Positions 43,280 to 54,246 of a DNA stretch of 64,000 nt are shown in pieces. How positions within the stretch are numbered: position 1 is the first letter of the stretch; every line of letters starts with the position of its first letter. Below the pieces are notes generated by a model. It was not told the DNA's origin and searched no databases. It saw only the letters and a program-made list of their open reading frames with translations. This DNA comes from Methanosphaera stadtmanae (GTDB taxonomy: Archaea; Methanobacteriota; Methanobacteria; Methanobacteriales; Methanobacteriaceae). Location of the stretch: positions 34,062 to 98,061 of the forward strand of contig SUTP01000001.1 in the NCBI GenBank assembly GCA_015062815.1, given 5' to 3'. A program made the translations under genes and the position numbers.

Positions 43280-43318
43280 TTTAGATTCTTTCATTTTTTT
43301 TTTATTTGGGGTGATAAA

Positions 43319-44023
43319 ACGGAATTATTAGTAAGTGCAATTAATTTAAATGAAGCTAAAGAAGCCGTAATGGGTGGTGCGGACATACTTGATGTAAAAA
43401 ATCCTAAAGAAGGTTCTTTAGGTGCTAATTTTCCATGGATTATCAAAGAAATCAGTGAATTTGCAAATAATGAAATAATTGTAAGTACTACTATTGGTGA
43501 TGTTCCATATAAACCAGGAACAGTAGCGCTCGCTGCTTTGGGAAGTGCTGTTTCAGGATCTGATTATGTTAAAGTAGGACTTTATGGTCCTAAAACTTAT
43601 GAAGAATCTGTTGAAGTTATGGATGCTGTAGTTCGTACTATACAGGATTATGATGATTCAATAACTGTTGTTTCTTGTGGTTATGCTGATTCATATAGGG
43701 TTGGTTGTGTAGATGCTAAGATAATACCTAGAATAGCTTATGATAGTAATTCTGATGTAGCTATGTTGGATACTTATATTAAGGATGGACAAAGATTAAC
43801 TGATCATAAATCAAAAGAAGAACTTAAATCTTTTGTTGATGAAGCTCATGATTATGGTTTAAAAGTAGCATTAGCAGGTTCTGTTAATAAAAATGATATA
43901 CCTTTGTTTGAAGAGATTAATTGTGATATAATGGGTGTACGGGGATGTGTCTGTACTGATGGTGATAGAAATAAGGGTACTATTAGTCATCAATTAGTTC
44001 AAGAATTAAAGGATAACATTTAA
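43319..44023 (+). CDS. mfnB: (5-formylfuran-3-yl)methyl phosphate synthase; probable ACG start
   Basis: (M)ELLVSAINLNEAKEAVMGGADILDVKNPKEGSLGANFPW, STTIGD, KVGL, MLDT..KDG, ALAGS, GVRG; SD ggggtga 4 nt before ACG. Confidence 0.9.
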   Translation, partial: TELLVSAINLNEAKEAVMGGADILDVKNPKEGSLGANFPWIIKEISEFANNEIIVSTTIGDVPYKPGTVALAALGSAVSGSDYVKVGLYGPKTYEESVEVMDAVVRTIQDYDDSITVVSCGYADSYRVGCVDAKIIPRIAYDSNSDVAMLDTYIKDGQRLTDHKSKEELKSFVDEAHDYGLKVALAGSVNKNDIPLFEEINCDIMGVRGCVCTDGDRNKGTISHQLVQELKDNI

Positions 44024-44102
44024 TTAATTTGACTAAGAGAAATAATACTAATATATTGTTTATTAAAATATTTTAATTCTATTATTATGGAGGGGATAAT
44101 AA

Positions 44103-45596
44103 ATGAGTAAATATATGGATAAATTAACTAAAGCTGAAGAAACATATACATTTGATGATTTTTTGATTAAACCAGGTTTATCAAATATAGAACCAAAAGA
44201 TGTAACATTAGATACTCAAGTATCTACTAATTATAGATTGAATATACCTGTTGTTAGTTCAGCAATGGATACAGTTACAGAATCTAATATGGCTATAGCA
44301 TTAGCAAGACAGGGTGGTCTTGGTGTAATTCATAGAAATTTAACTGTAGAACAAGAAGTTAATGAGGTGCGTAAAGTTAAATTTGCAAATGAATTAACAG
44401 TTAAAGATGTAATAACCATTTCTGCAGATTCAACTATAAGAGAAGCTCAGGAAATTATGGACATTGAACAGGTTAGTGGACTTCCAGTAGTCACTGATGA
44501 AGATATAGTTGTGGGTATTGTAAGTCGTAGGGATATTAAACCAGTTATGAATAGAAAAAAAGATTTAAAAATATCTGAAATAATGACTCATAATGTTGTA
44601 ACTATTCCTGAAGGGACTGATACAGAAACAGCTCTTGATTTAGCTTATGAGAAAAAAGTTGAACGATTACCTGTAGTATCTGATGGAAATAAATTAGTAG
44701 GTATAGTTACTATGAAGGATATCCTTGAAAGGAAAAAGTATCCTAATGCAGTACGTGATAAAAATGGAAGATATCTTGTAGCTGCAGCTTGTGGGCCATT
44801 TGACGTAGATAGAGCTATGGCTTTAAGTGATGCTGGGGCAGATTTTATTGCAATAGATAGTGCACATGGACATAAATCTGACATAATAAAATCTGTTTAT
44901 GAAATGAATAAAAATATAGATGCTGATTTATTATTGGGTAATATAGCTACAGCTGAAGCTGCAGAAGATGTACTTAAAGCTGAAGTTGATGGTTTAAAAG
45001 TAGGTATAGGTCCTGGATCAATATGTACAACAAGAATAGTTGCGGGTGTTGGAGTTCCACAATTAAGTGCTGTATCCTCTGTTGCTGATGTTGCCGAAGA
45101 TTATGGTGTTCCTGTAATTGCAGATGGTGGTTTAAGATATTCTGGAGATATAGCTAAAGCATTAGCAGTAGGAGCAAATGTGGTTATGGTAGGTAGTTTA
45201 TTAGCTGGAACTACAGAATCTCCTGGTGAAATGACTATAAGAAATGGGCGTAAATATAAACAATATCGTGGAATGGGTTCATTAGGTGCAATGACTGGTG
45301 GAGTTGGTGCTGGTAAAGATAGGTATTTCCAAAATAATTCAAGTAATATGAATTCAACAAAATTAGTTCCTGAAGGTATTGAAGGTGTTGTACCATATAA
45401 AGGTCCTGCAGATCAAATTGTATATCAATTAATGGGAGGACTTAAATCATCCATGGGTTATGTTGGTGCAAAAACAATTGAAGAAATGCATGAAAAAGCA
45501 CAATTAGTCCATATAACATCTAATGGAATGTCTGAAAGTCATCCTCATGATATTACTATAACTAATGAAAGTCCTAATTATCATCCAAGACAATAA
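44103..45596 (+). CDS. guaB: IMP dehydrogenase
   Basis: [15 protein letters not shown] pair, [28 protein letters not shown]. Confidence 0.97.
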   Translation: MSKYMDKLTKAEETYTFDDFLIKPGLSNIEPKDVTLDTQVSTNYRLNIPVVSSAMDTVTESNMAIALARQGGLGVIHRNLTVEQEVNEVRKVKFANELTVKDVITISADSTIREAQEIMDIEQVSGLPVVTDEDIVVGIVSRRDIKPVMNRKKDLKISEIMTHNVVTIPEGTDTETALDLAYEKKVERLPVVSDGNKLVGIVTMKDILERKKYPNAVRDKNGRYLVAAACGPFDVDRAMALSDAGADFIAIDSAHGHKSDIIKSVYEMNKNIDADLLLGNIATAEAAEDVLKAEVDGLKVGIGPGSICTTRIVAGVGVPQLSAVSSVADVAEDYGVPVIADGGLRYSGDIAKALAVGANVVMVGSLLAGTTESPGEMTIRNGRKYKQYRGMGSLGAMTGGVGAGKDRYFQNNSSNMNSTKLVPEGIEGVVPYKGPADQIVYQLMGGLKSSMGYVGAKTIEEMHEKAQLVHITSNGMSESHPHDITITNESPNYHPRQ

Positions 45597-45713
45597 ATAA
45601 TTAATCCCCTCTTTTTTTTATTATTTCCTGTAATATTTGAAATTTACGAAAAGTATTATTTTTAAAAAGAGTTTATAGTGAATAAATATATTTTAATTAG
45701 AACCTATAAAATA

Positions 45714-45944
45714 TTACATATATTTTCTTGAGAATATTGGAATATGATGAGGATATCTGCTATTTTTTAAAACATATTTATTAACACGTTCTATTGTTTC
45801 AATATATTCATGTTTGTAGATAGTGCACTCATTAAATGTTATTTTATCAGGTAATTTTTTATTTCTTTTATTTTCATCTAATAATATTTTTATAAATTCA
45901 CTGTATTCTGTTTGATTTAATTCTATTTTCACTTCTTGATCCAT
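45714..45944 (-). CDS. small pseudomurein-binding-repeat-like protein
   Basis: Two units ending N..LP..I and EY...I.RV..Y...N.R.P..I, typical of PMB repeats. Confidence 0.55.
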   Translation of the reverse strand: MDQEVKIELNQTEYSEFIKILLDENKRNKKLPDKITFNECTIYKHEYIETIERVNKYVLKNSRYPHHIPIFSRKYM

Positions 45945-45948
45945 TTTA

Positions 45949-47127
45949 TCACACAGGTAATACTAAATAATCTCTTAATTTTATGTTTTTATTTACTGCT
46001 TTTTCTCTATTATCTTTTGATAAGTATAGTGCTAAATCTGCATAGTTGTATTGTGCTTTTTTCAAAGAATTTATAACTGTAGATACTTCAGTTAATGGTT
46101 GTAATCCATCGGTTGTTTCAACTTTTATCTGCATTTTCTTAAAAGATAATTCCTCAGGTAAATCTATAATTACTTCTTCTGGATTAATATCTAGTTTTTC
46201 AGCTATTTCTTTTTCTGCTTCTCTTAAATATTTGGAATCCATATTAAATATTTCTATAGGATTATCAAATTGTGCTAAATTGATTGTGTCAGTTTTCTTA
46301 TATAAATGTCTTGTATCTAAATTTTGCATAGTTTGTTGTGGTAAACCTTCGGTAGATCTGGCAAGATTTATTAAATCACCATCATCTAATTTTCTTAGTT
46401 CTTTTTCTGTTATTACATTATCATTGAGTAGGTGAGTTAGACAAACTCTAAACATACTATTAACAATTCGGGTGGTGTGGTGTTGATATACTGTTGGATA
46501 CATAAAGTATCTTGCTAATAAAGTTGATTCAGCAGCTTGAACTCCTTTAGGTGATAGAACAAGTTCTTCTCCAATATATTCTAAACTATACAATAATCTT
46601 TCAGTATCAATTATACCATATGCTACACCAGTATAATATGAATCTCTAATTAAATAGTCCATTCTATCAACATCAAGGTCACCAGAAATTATTGGTCCGT
46701 ATAATGTTTTACCATCAATGATTTTAGTAATTGTTTTTGGATTGAATTTTTCATTAATTATATCGGATATTGGGGAAGATTTAATAATTTCTTTTGTCAC
46801 TGTTTCATGTTTGTGTGTTAATGCTTTTTCTGATACGTGTGAGAACGGACTGTGCCCAATATCATGTAATAATCCACAGAGTCTTAATAATTCAATTTTT
46901 TCACAGTCCAAATTTAATCTCTCGGATAATTTATTAGCTAAAAATAAAGTTCCTATTGAATGTTCAAATCTAGTATGATTGGCACCAGGATAAACTAAAT
47001 TAGTAAATCCTAATTGTTTTATTCTTCTTAGTCTTTGCATTTCCACAGTATCCAGAATTTTTAATTCGAATTCTGTTAAATGTAAATCACCATGGATACT
47101 ATCTCGAATAAATCCCATTTTAAACAT
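45949..47127 (-). CDS. HD-domain phosphohydrolase (dNTP triphosphohydrolase-like, COG1078)
   Basis: QRLRRIKQLG, HTRFEHS.G, LLHDIGH.PFSH, D.DRMDYL.RD, VY.H. Confidence 0.92.
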   Translation of the reverse strand: MFKMGFIRDSIHGDLHLTEFELKILDTVEMQRLRRIKQLGFTNLVYPGANHTRFEHSIGTLFLANKLSERLNLDCEKIELLRLCGLLHDIGHSPFSHVSEKALTHKHETVTKEIIKSSPISDIINEKFNPKTITKIIDGKTLYGPIISGDLDVDRMDYLIRDSYYTGVAYGIIDTERLLYSLEYIGEELVLSPKGVQAAESTLLARYFMYPTVYQHHTTRIVNSMFRVCLTHLLNDNVITEKELRKLDDGDLINLARSTEGLPQQTMQNLDTRHLYKKTDTINLAQFDNPIEIFNMDSKYLREAEKEIAEKLDINPEEVIIDLPEELSFKKMQIKVETTDGLQPLTEVSTVINSLKKAQYNYADLALYLSKDNREKAVNKNIKLRDYLVLPV

Positions 47128-47129
47128 CT

Positions 47130-47705
<576 letters not shown>

Positions 47706-47957
47706 TTATTATTGTAAGATGTTATTTAATATATTATTAACTACTATTTATACTTAATATAGTATTTCATTGATATATCTATTTTATTGGCTGAATTTAG
47801 TAAAATATTTCTTTTTATTAGGTATTTTATTTAAATTTCTTAATTATTTTTTCAAAATGATTTATTTTTAAATTATTTTCCAAATCAATTTTAATATGAA
47901 TATATAAATAATATAATTAAAAAATATAATAATAGATATGATTATTATTATATGTTT

Positions 47958-48029
47958 AGTCCTTTGGGGTAGTGGCAATCCTACGAGACTCTGGATCTTG
48001 TGACAGCGGTTCGACTCCGCTAAGGACTA
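47958..48029 (+). tRNA. tRNA-Gln(CTG)
   Basis: 72-nt cloverleaf AGTCCTT...CGAGA-CT-CTG-GA-TCTTG...TTCGACT...AAGGACT-A, with the A1-U72 pair typical of archaeal tRNA-Gln. Confidence 0.96.
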
Positions 48030-48078
48030 TTAATTACTATTTTTATTTTTTATTAGTAAAATTAATCTGGTGTTTATT

Positions 48079-49143
48079 TTGTTAAATTTTTATTCTGAAG
48101 ATGTTTATCATTCTCAAATGTTTGATTTAATTAAACGTGATAATGCAATTATTGTGGAACTTAAGGTGAATAATAATCTTATGATTTCTTCATGGCATAA
48201 TAGTGGTTATCATGAAAATATGAAATATGTTGTAAATCAATCTTTAACAAATGAAGATTATTCTCTTTTTAGTCATATGGATTATGAAACTTTTCAACAA
48301 AAACGTATGAATGAATTAGGATTAAATGCATTATATTCAACAGGTTTATTAACATCTGCTTGTATGGATAATTATGCTATATCTACTCATACTTTTCGTG
48401 AATTAACTGTAACTTCTATTATAACTGCTGGTGCTGATAAAAATGGTATTAGAGCAGGTGACAAAGCATCTTTTTATGAATATAATAATGATTATAATTT
48501 AAATTATGGTACAATTAATATATTTTTAATAATTGATGCAAATTTAGAACCTGGGGCATTAATAACATCTATAATAACTGCAACAGAAGCAAAAACGAGT
48601 ATTTTACAAGATTTAAAACTTGAAAGTCAGTTTTCAACAAAAATTGCCACAGGAACTGGAACTGATGGGATATGTGTAATATCTAATAAGTCCAGTGATA
48701 ATCATCTGGAAAATGCAGGTAAACATTCTAAATTAGGTGAATTAATAGCAAAATCTGTTCAAGATGCATTATTGGAAGCATTATATCTTCAAACTGCAAT
48801 GAGTAATGAATATCAAAAATCAGTTCTTAGTAGATTAAGCAGATTTAATATTTATTTTGATACATTTTATAATAAAGTTTCACAGCAAATCGGATTAAAT
48901 GAGTATTGTGCTAAATTATATCCGTTTATTAATGATTCAGATAATATTTCATGGATTAGTTCAGTTATAAACTTAATAGATGAAGCTCAAGTAAATTTAT
49001 TAGCTCTTGAAGAAATAAGTGAACCTATAATAAAAATAGTAAACACATTTTTAGAAGATAATTATAAAAAAAGAATTTTTAATTCAGTAGATGAAGTACT
49101 TGATTTTATTGTAAACTCAATAAATCATCATATATTAAAATGA
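48079..49143 (+). CDS. cbiZ: adenosylcobinamide amidohydrolase
   Basis: GLLTSA.M, TAG..N...AG, GTINI, TATEAK, ATGTGTD, GKHSKLGELI; start uncertain (TTG 48079 after ggtg). Confidence 0.88.
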   Translation: MLNFYSEDVYHSQMFDLIKRDNAIIVELKVNNNLMISSWHNSGYHENMKYVVNQSLTNEDYSLFSHMDYETFQQKRMNELGLNALYSTGLLTSACMDNYAISTHTFRELTVTSIITAGADKNGIRAGDKASFYEYNNDYNLNYGTINIFLIIDANLEPGALITSIITATEAKTSILQDLKLESQFSTKIATGTGTDGICVISNKSSDNHLENAGKHSKLGELIAKSVQDALLEALYLQTAMSNEYQKSVLSRLSRFNIYFDTFYNKVSQQIGLNEYCAKLYPFINDSDNISWISSVINLIDEAQVNLLALEEISEPIIKIVNTFLEDNYKKRIFNSVDEVLDFIVNSINHHILK

Positions 49144-49155
49144 TGAAAAAAATTG

Positions 49156-49179
49156 AATATAAGATGTTTATCTTATATT
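49156..49179. terminator. perfect 10-bp inverted repeat between convergent cbiZ and usp
   Basis: aatataagat-gttt-atcttatatt, with an A run upstream and a T run downstream. Confidence 0.6.
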
Positions 49180-49185
49180 TTTCTC

Positions 49186-49581
49186 TTATTTAATTAACAT
49201 TACGGGCAAATCTATATTTTTTACAACAAATTCTGTGAAACTACCCATAGTGGTACTATTTAATCCGGAAGTTCCATGAGTACCTAATACAATTAAATCA
49301 ATCTGACTTTTTTTGGCAATTATACGTATATCATTTTTTGGACTACCATAAATCAGTACTTCTTCAGATTCAACATTGTTTTCAGTAGCATAATTTCTTA
49401 TTTCATTAATATACTCTTGTCCACGACTTTGGAATTCTTCATAGGATATTGATGATTTTTGATCTGCAATATGTGTGACAATGACTGTCGCATTCAATTC
49501 TTTTGCCAATAATATGGCATTATAACCAGCTCTTTTGGATATTTCTGAACCATCTACAGGTATGAGTATTCTTTTATACAT
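49186..49581 (-). CDS. universal stress protein
   Basis: YKRILIPVDGS, G.P, DLIVLGTHG.SG...MGS. Confidence 0.93.
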   Translation of the reverse strand: MYKRILIPVDGSEISKRAGYNAILLAKELNATVIVTHIADQKSSISYEEFQSRGQEYINEIRNYATENNVESEEVLIYGSPKNDIRIIAKKSQIDLIVLGTHGTSGLNSTTMGSFTEFVVKNIDLPVMLIK

Positions 49582-49592
49582 GGTTTCACCAG

Positions 49593-51278
49593 TTAATTTT
49601 CATTTTCTGATTTTATAAAATCAGCTGTAACTTTTTCAGGTGAACCTTCACTAATTAATTTTCCCTTATTAATTAATATGGTTCTGCTGGATACTTCTTT
49701 CACAAAATCCATGGTGTGACTAACTAAAATAATTGTTGTATTAAATTCTTCATTAATTTTTTTAAGTGAATTTGCCACTATTCTTAATGTAATTGGATCT
49801 AAATCACCAAATGGTTCATCAAGTATTAAAATATCCGGATTTGAAGCTAATACTACTGCTATAGCTACTCTTACTTTTTGTCCTCCGGATAATTCAATAA
49901 ATTGTCTATTTAATAGTGGTAATGGTAAATCTAATGCATCAAAAACAGGTTTTGCATATTCTATTACCTTTTCAGTATCCATACTTGGGAATAATAATTC
50001 TAATATTTGTGGACCTACATTGATTTTGTCTAATTTTAATATAGCTTCATTTCTTGATAAATCAGTTAATTGATAAAGAATATCCAGTGATTCTCGGCTA
50101 ATATTATATTCATCTGCTTTTTCAAGAGCTTCTTTATAAACATCATCCATTTTAGGTGATAATTTTGTTCCCATTTGTTCAATTATAGGGGTGTGTGGTG
50201 TTAATGCAAATTCTTGATGCATAAATCCCATGTTTTTTCGTATTTGCATACGATTTTCACCAAAATCCTGCATATTGACCCATGTATCTTTGTTTAATAT
50301 TTCAATATTTCCACTGTCACCTTCTTCAAATCCTGCAATCATTTTTAGAATTTCACTTTTTCCAGAACCTGTTGGACCAATAATTGATAATATTTCACCT
50401 TTATTAACATCAAATGATACATCTTCAATGCTAAGTGTATGTCCTCCACTAAAAAGATAATAATCTTTTGATAAATTTCTTACTTTAATTATGGGTTCGT
50501 TTCTATCTATTTTAGCTAGAGGATAAATTTCTTCTTCATCTTTTAAAAACTTGTTAATAATAATTTCAGGTTCATCAATAGTTTCAACTTTACCATTAAA
50601 CATTAACATTATTCTCTCAGACATATATTTTTGTATTTCTGGTTGATGACTAACCATTATAACGGTAGTACCATATTTTTCATTTATTTTCTTAATAGTG
50701 TCTAATACTTCAAATCTTTTTTTAGGACTACTCATTGTAGCTGGTTCATCTAATAATAATATTTCTGGTTTTTTAGCTAATTGTCTGGCTAAAACAAGTC
50801 TTTGTTTTTCTCCACCACTCAGTACAGGTGCAAAATGTTCTGCTTTTTCTTTAAGACCAACAGTATCTAAAATATCTAATGCTTCATCTAAATATTCTTC
50901 TTTAACATCTTCTATGTTAACATTTGTTTCATCACCAGTTTGTAATCCTGCAAGTTTATGAATTACATTATCGATTGCTGATTTTGACCATAAACCAAAT
51001 GATCTTTGTAAATGAATAGCAGTTTTTTCTTTCAAATCGTTTTTATAAGAAGAATAATTTTTAGCAGTAATTTTCATGTTATTAATGGTAATGGTTCCTT
51101 CATCAAATTCTTCAACACCTCTTAGAATTCTAAGCAAAGTTGATTTTCCAGAACCACTGATTCCCATTATTCCAAAAATCTCATTATCTTCTACTTCAAA
51201 TGACACATTATCTAATGCTTTAATACGCATATTATTTTCTAATTTATAAATTTTAGTTAAATTTTCTACTTTAATCAT
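49593..51278 (-). CDS. AtwA-like double ABC ATPase (component A2 paralog)
   Basis: Two ABC cassettes, [36 protein letters not shown]; no permease nearby; ATG 51278 after SD aggtg. Confidence 0.85.
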   Translation of the reverse strand: MIKVENLTKIYKLENNMRIKALDNVSFEVEDNEIFGIMGISGSGKSTLLRILRGVEEFDEGTITINNMKITAKNYSSYKNDLKEKTAIHLQRSFGLWSKSAIDNVIHKLAGLQTGDETNVNIEDVKEEYLDEALDILDTVGLKEKAEHFAPVLSGGEKQRLVLARQLAKKPEILLLDEPATMSSPKKRFEVLDTIKKINEKYGTTVIMVSHQPEIQKYMSERIMLMFNGKVETIDEPEIIINKFLKDEEEIYPLAKIDRNEPIIKVRNLSKDYYLFSGGHTLSIEDVSFDVNKGEILSIIGPTGSGKSEILKMIAGFEEGDSGNIEILNKDTWVNMQDFGENRMQIRKNMGFMHQEFALTPHTPIIEQMGTKLSPKMDDVYKEALEKADEYNISRESLDILYQLTDLSRNEAILKLDKINVGPQILELLFPSMDTEKVIEYAKPVFDALDLPLPLLNRQFIELSGGQKVRVAIAVVLASNPDILILDEPFGDLDPITLRIVANSLKKINEEFNTTIILVSHTMDFVKEVSSRTILINKGKLISEGSPEKVTADFIKSENEN

Positions 51279-51449
51279 ATCTATTTGCACCTATTTAAAT
51301 ACGAATAATTTGTAAATGATTTTTTTAAAATTTTTTCTTTCTATAATAATATATGTAGTATTTATCTATTAAGATATGTTGAAAATCTTTCAGGAGTACT
51401 TATCAGACTAGCTTAACTTTTATAATGAAATTTTTATATAACTATTATT

Positions 51450-52607
51450 ATGCAAAGAAAAGGAATTACCAATTTACCACTACATACTGATCATACACCA
51501 CGATGGTTATGGGAGCGAATGGTTAAACTTTCAGGTGCATTAACTGAAGTTATATTGGATGAGTATGGACATGATGAATTTTTAAGAAGAATATCTAATC
51601 CGTATTGGTTTCAAGCATTTTCTTGTGTGATTGGATTTGATTGGCATTCTTCAGGAACAACTACAACTACTTGTGGTGCATTACGTGCTAGTTTAGATCC
51701 TGAAAAGCACGGTATTGCAGTATTGGGTGGTAAAGGTAAAAATTCATTGAAAACACCTTATCAATTAGAAAATATGGGTGATACTTTTAATTTATCTAAT
51801 AAATTAACTGATAATTTAATAAAATCATCTAAATTATCTGCTAAAATTGATAATGCATGTATTCAAGATTCTTATTCATTATATCAACATAATTTCTTTT
51901 TAACTGAAAGTGGTAAGTGGGCTGTAGTTCAACAGGGCATGAATACTAACAATAAATATGCACGCAGGTATCACTGGATAAGTACAGATTTGGATGAATT
52001 TTTTAATGATCCTCATACAGGAATTGACTGTGAAAAAAAAGAGGATTCAGTACTTAACATGTCATCAAAAGAAAGTAAAGAAGTTCGAAGTATTAGTGTC
52101 GATTTGATAAATGATAATCCGGAGCATCTAAGAACCTATTTCAGGAAAGATAAAAAACAAACATTATTAACAGATTTTTTTGATTGGGATAATGATGATG
52201 ATCCTACTGGATTTAATAATCAACCTCATTTCACAATGCCAAGGCATCATCCGGTTCTTGATATGGATTTGTCTGATAAGGAGTTTGAAGTTTTAAAAAA
52301 TGCATATGAAATTCAACCTGAAAAATATCAGGATTTAATCTCTTTAAAAGGGATGGGTCCTAAAAAAATTAGAGCATTGGCATTGATTAGTGATTTAGTT
52401 TATGGTAAAAAAGCTAGCTGGGAAGATCCTGTGAAATATAGTTTTGCTCATGGAGGTAAAGATGGTTTTCCTTATCCTGTTGATAAAGAAGTTTATGATC
52501 ATTCCATTGAGACAATTGAAGATGCTTTAAATCAATCTAAGTTAGATAAAAAAGATAAATTGGGTGCTATTAAACGTTTAAATAAGCATATTGATAAAAA
52601 AAAATAA
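51450..52607 (+). CDS. DUF763 family protein
   Basis: LPLH..P.WL..RM, WFQAF.C..G.DWHSSGTTT, GGKG, W.VVQQGM, ARRYHW, FAHGGKDG.PYPV. Confidence 0.9.
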   Translation: MQRKGITNLPLHTDHTPRWLWERMVKLSGALTEVILDEYGHDEFLRRISNPYWFQAFSCVIGFDWHSSGTTTTTCGALRASLDPEKHGIAVLGGKGKNSLKTPYQLENMGDTFNLSNKLTDNLIKSSKLSAKIDNACIQDSYSLYQHNFFLTESGKWAVVQQGMNTNNKYARRYHWISTDLDEFFNDPHTGIDCEKKEDSVLNMSSKESKEVRSISVDLINDNPEHLRTYFRKDKKQTLLTDFFDWDNDDDPTGFNNQPHFTMPRHHPVLDMDLSDKEFEVLKNAYEIQPEKYQDLISLKGMGPKKIRALALISDLVYGKKASWEDPVKYSFAHGGKDGFPYPVDKEVYDHSIETIEDALNQSKLDKKDKLGAIKRLNKHIDKKK

Positions 52608-52609
52608 GT

Positions 52610-52635
52610 AAATCTTATTTCAATAAATAAGATTT
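52610..52635 (+). terminator. perfect 11-bp inverted repeat just after the DUF763 stop
   Basis: aaatcttattt-caat-aaataagattt. Confidence 0.55.
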
Positions 52636-53409
52636 CGACTTGAGGGAAAATGGTAACTTTTTAAATAAAATTATCATCTGTTACTTTAACTTATATTAGG
52701 GGATTATATAAGGTAACAGTAGGACTTAAGATACATTCCTGTGTTATAAATGTTTCAATATATTTTGTACATTATGTTTAAAAAATCATGTTAATTTTTT
52801 CACATATTTTTTTTTCTATGTATAGGAATTATGTAATAGTCATTTGTTACAATTACTCTTAAGATTTTTTTCGAATAAGTTTATTAAATCAAAAAAATTA
52901 TTAAGGATTATGTGTTGTATAGTATTTTAGATAATTAATATCTAATTCCTCATTTTAAATTTATTTAATTAAATACAATCATTATATTCTTATAATAGTC
53001 CAACCAATTCTATAAATCATCTATTTTTAAGTGAATAGTTTTTATATTATCTTATACATTAAATAAGGGGGGAATCTTCATTTAATGGATAATTAATGTG
53101 TATATTAAGTAGGATGCTCAAAATTTAGAGTATTGTACTAACTTTAATGTTGTGATATAAATTATTGTAATTTTTTAATCAATTATATTAATGGATAATT
53201 TTCATGTTTATATTACGTCATTTTATAACTTTTTTTTAACTTTAAAATTTATTTTATCTTAAATCCATACCTATTGTTATATGATTATTTATATTTAAAG
53301 AGTTTGTATAATATAATGCCCGTAAAATGAGTTAATGATTAAAAAAAAGTATTTAGATAATTTTATTTTTTCATGATAAAAAAATAATATAATGATAAAG
53401 ATATTGAGA

Positions 53410-54246
53410 TCATATTTCTTTGTACTCATTTTTGTATTCATTAAATATTTCATTGAATCTATTCTTATCAATATCTTTTGTAATTAATATATTTGAATCA
53501 TCAAATGTCTGATCAAAATAAAATAATTGGATTGAAGAAAACTTATCGGTAAATGTAAGAAATAATTTATGAGTTTCACTTTCACCAATCCATATTCTTA
53601 ATTTCTTTTGATCTTTTAATTGTGTGAATTGTTCTTTTAAATCAGATTCTTTAATGGCATTTAATATTTCATTTGATGTAATTAATTCAAGTTTCCCATT
53701 ATTTTTTTGAATACTATCTAAAATACCTTCAATATAAAACTTGGAGAATATAGGTAATATTACTTTAATTTCTTTAGATTTACTTATATTATTCAAATAA
53801 CAATTTACTGCTTTATTATATTCAATAATTGTTGAGGAGATAAGTTTTGCATGTCTCCAAACATCAACATATCTTAAAATATTTAAGGGAATGCCATTCA
53901 AATTATGATTATCCCAATAATTATCCATTGTATTAACAGCATACCATGTGTTAATAACATTAATTGTATTTTGTATGGTTAAAAAACCTATTGATGTCAA
54001 CGAGTAAATTTTTTGATGATTAATAATCCAGTCTTCATTTTCTAATTCTTTAAGTGCTCTTAAGATATTAGTATCCTGTTTATTCACAATTTTTTTAATC
54101 TCTTTGAAATTTTTTTTGCTTTCATTTAAGGTAAGCATTATTTCAAGCCTAATACTTGATGTTAATAAATATTTAATTGGATTAAAAAATTTAGAATCCA
54201 TGTTATTAATATTACTAAATTTCATAGTTTCAACATCAGATAGCAT
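53410..54246 (-). CDS. winged-helix regulator with DUF1724/FilR1-like domain (COG4742)
   Basis: S.IRLEI.L.L, L.ELE...I, YSLT..G, YW..H.L.GIP, LT.TD. Confidence 0.82.
   Translation of the reverse strand: MLSDVETMKFSNINNMDSKFFNPIKYLLTSSIRLEIMLTLNESKKNFKEIKKIVNKQDTNILRALKELENEDWIINHQKIYSLTSIGFLTIQNTINVINTWYAVNTMDNYWDNHNLNGIPLNILRYVDVWRHAKLISSTIIEYNKAVNCYLNNISKSKEIKVILPIFSKFYIEGILDSIQKNNGKLELITSNEILNAIKESDLKEQFTQLKDQKKLRIWIGESETHKLFLTFTDKFSSIQLFYFDQTFDDSNILITKDIDKNRFNEIFNEYKNEYKEI

Noticed and set aside
47958..52730. Possible island integrated at tRNA-Gln
   Set aside because: No integrase and no convincing duplicate of the tRNA 3' end; only 6-7 nt chance matches near 52634 and 52721.
53057..53087. 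SECIS-like hairpin
   Set aside because: No in-frame TGA selenoprotein candidate nearby and a poor fit to the archaeal SECIS consensus.
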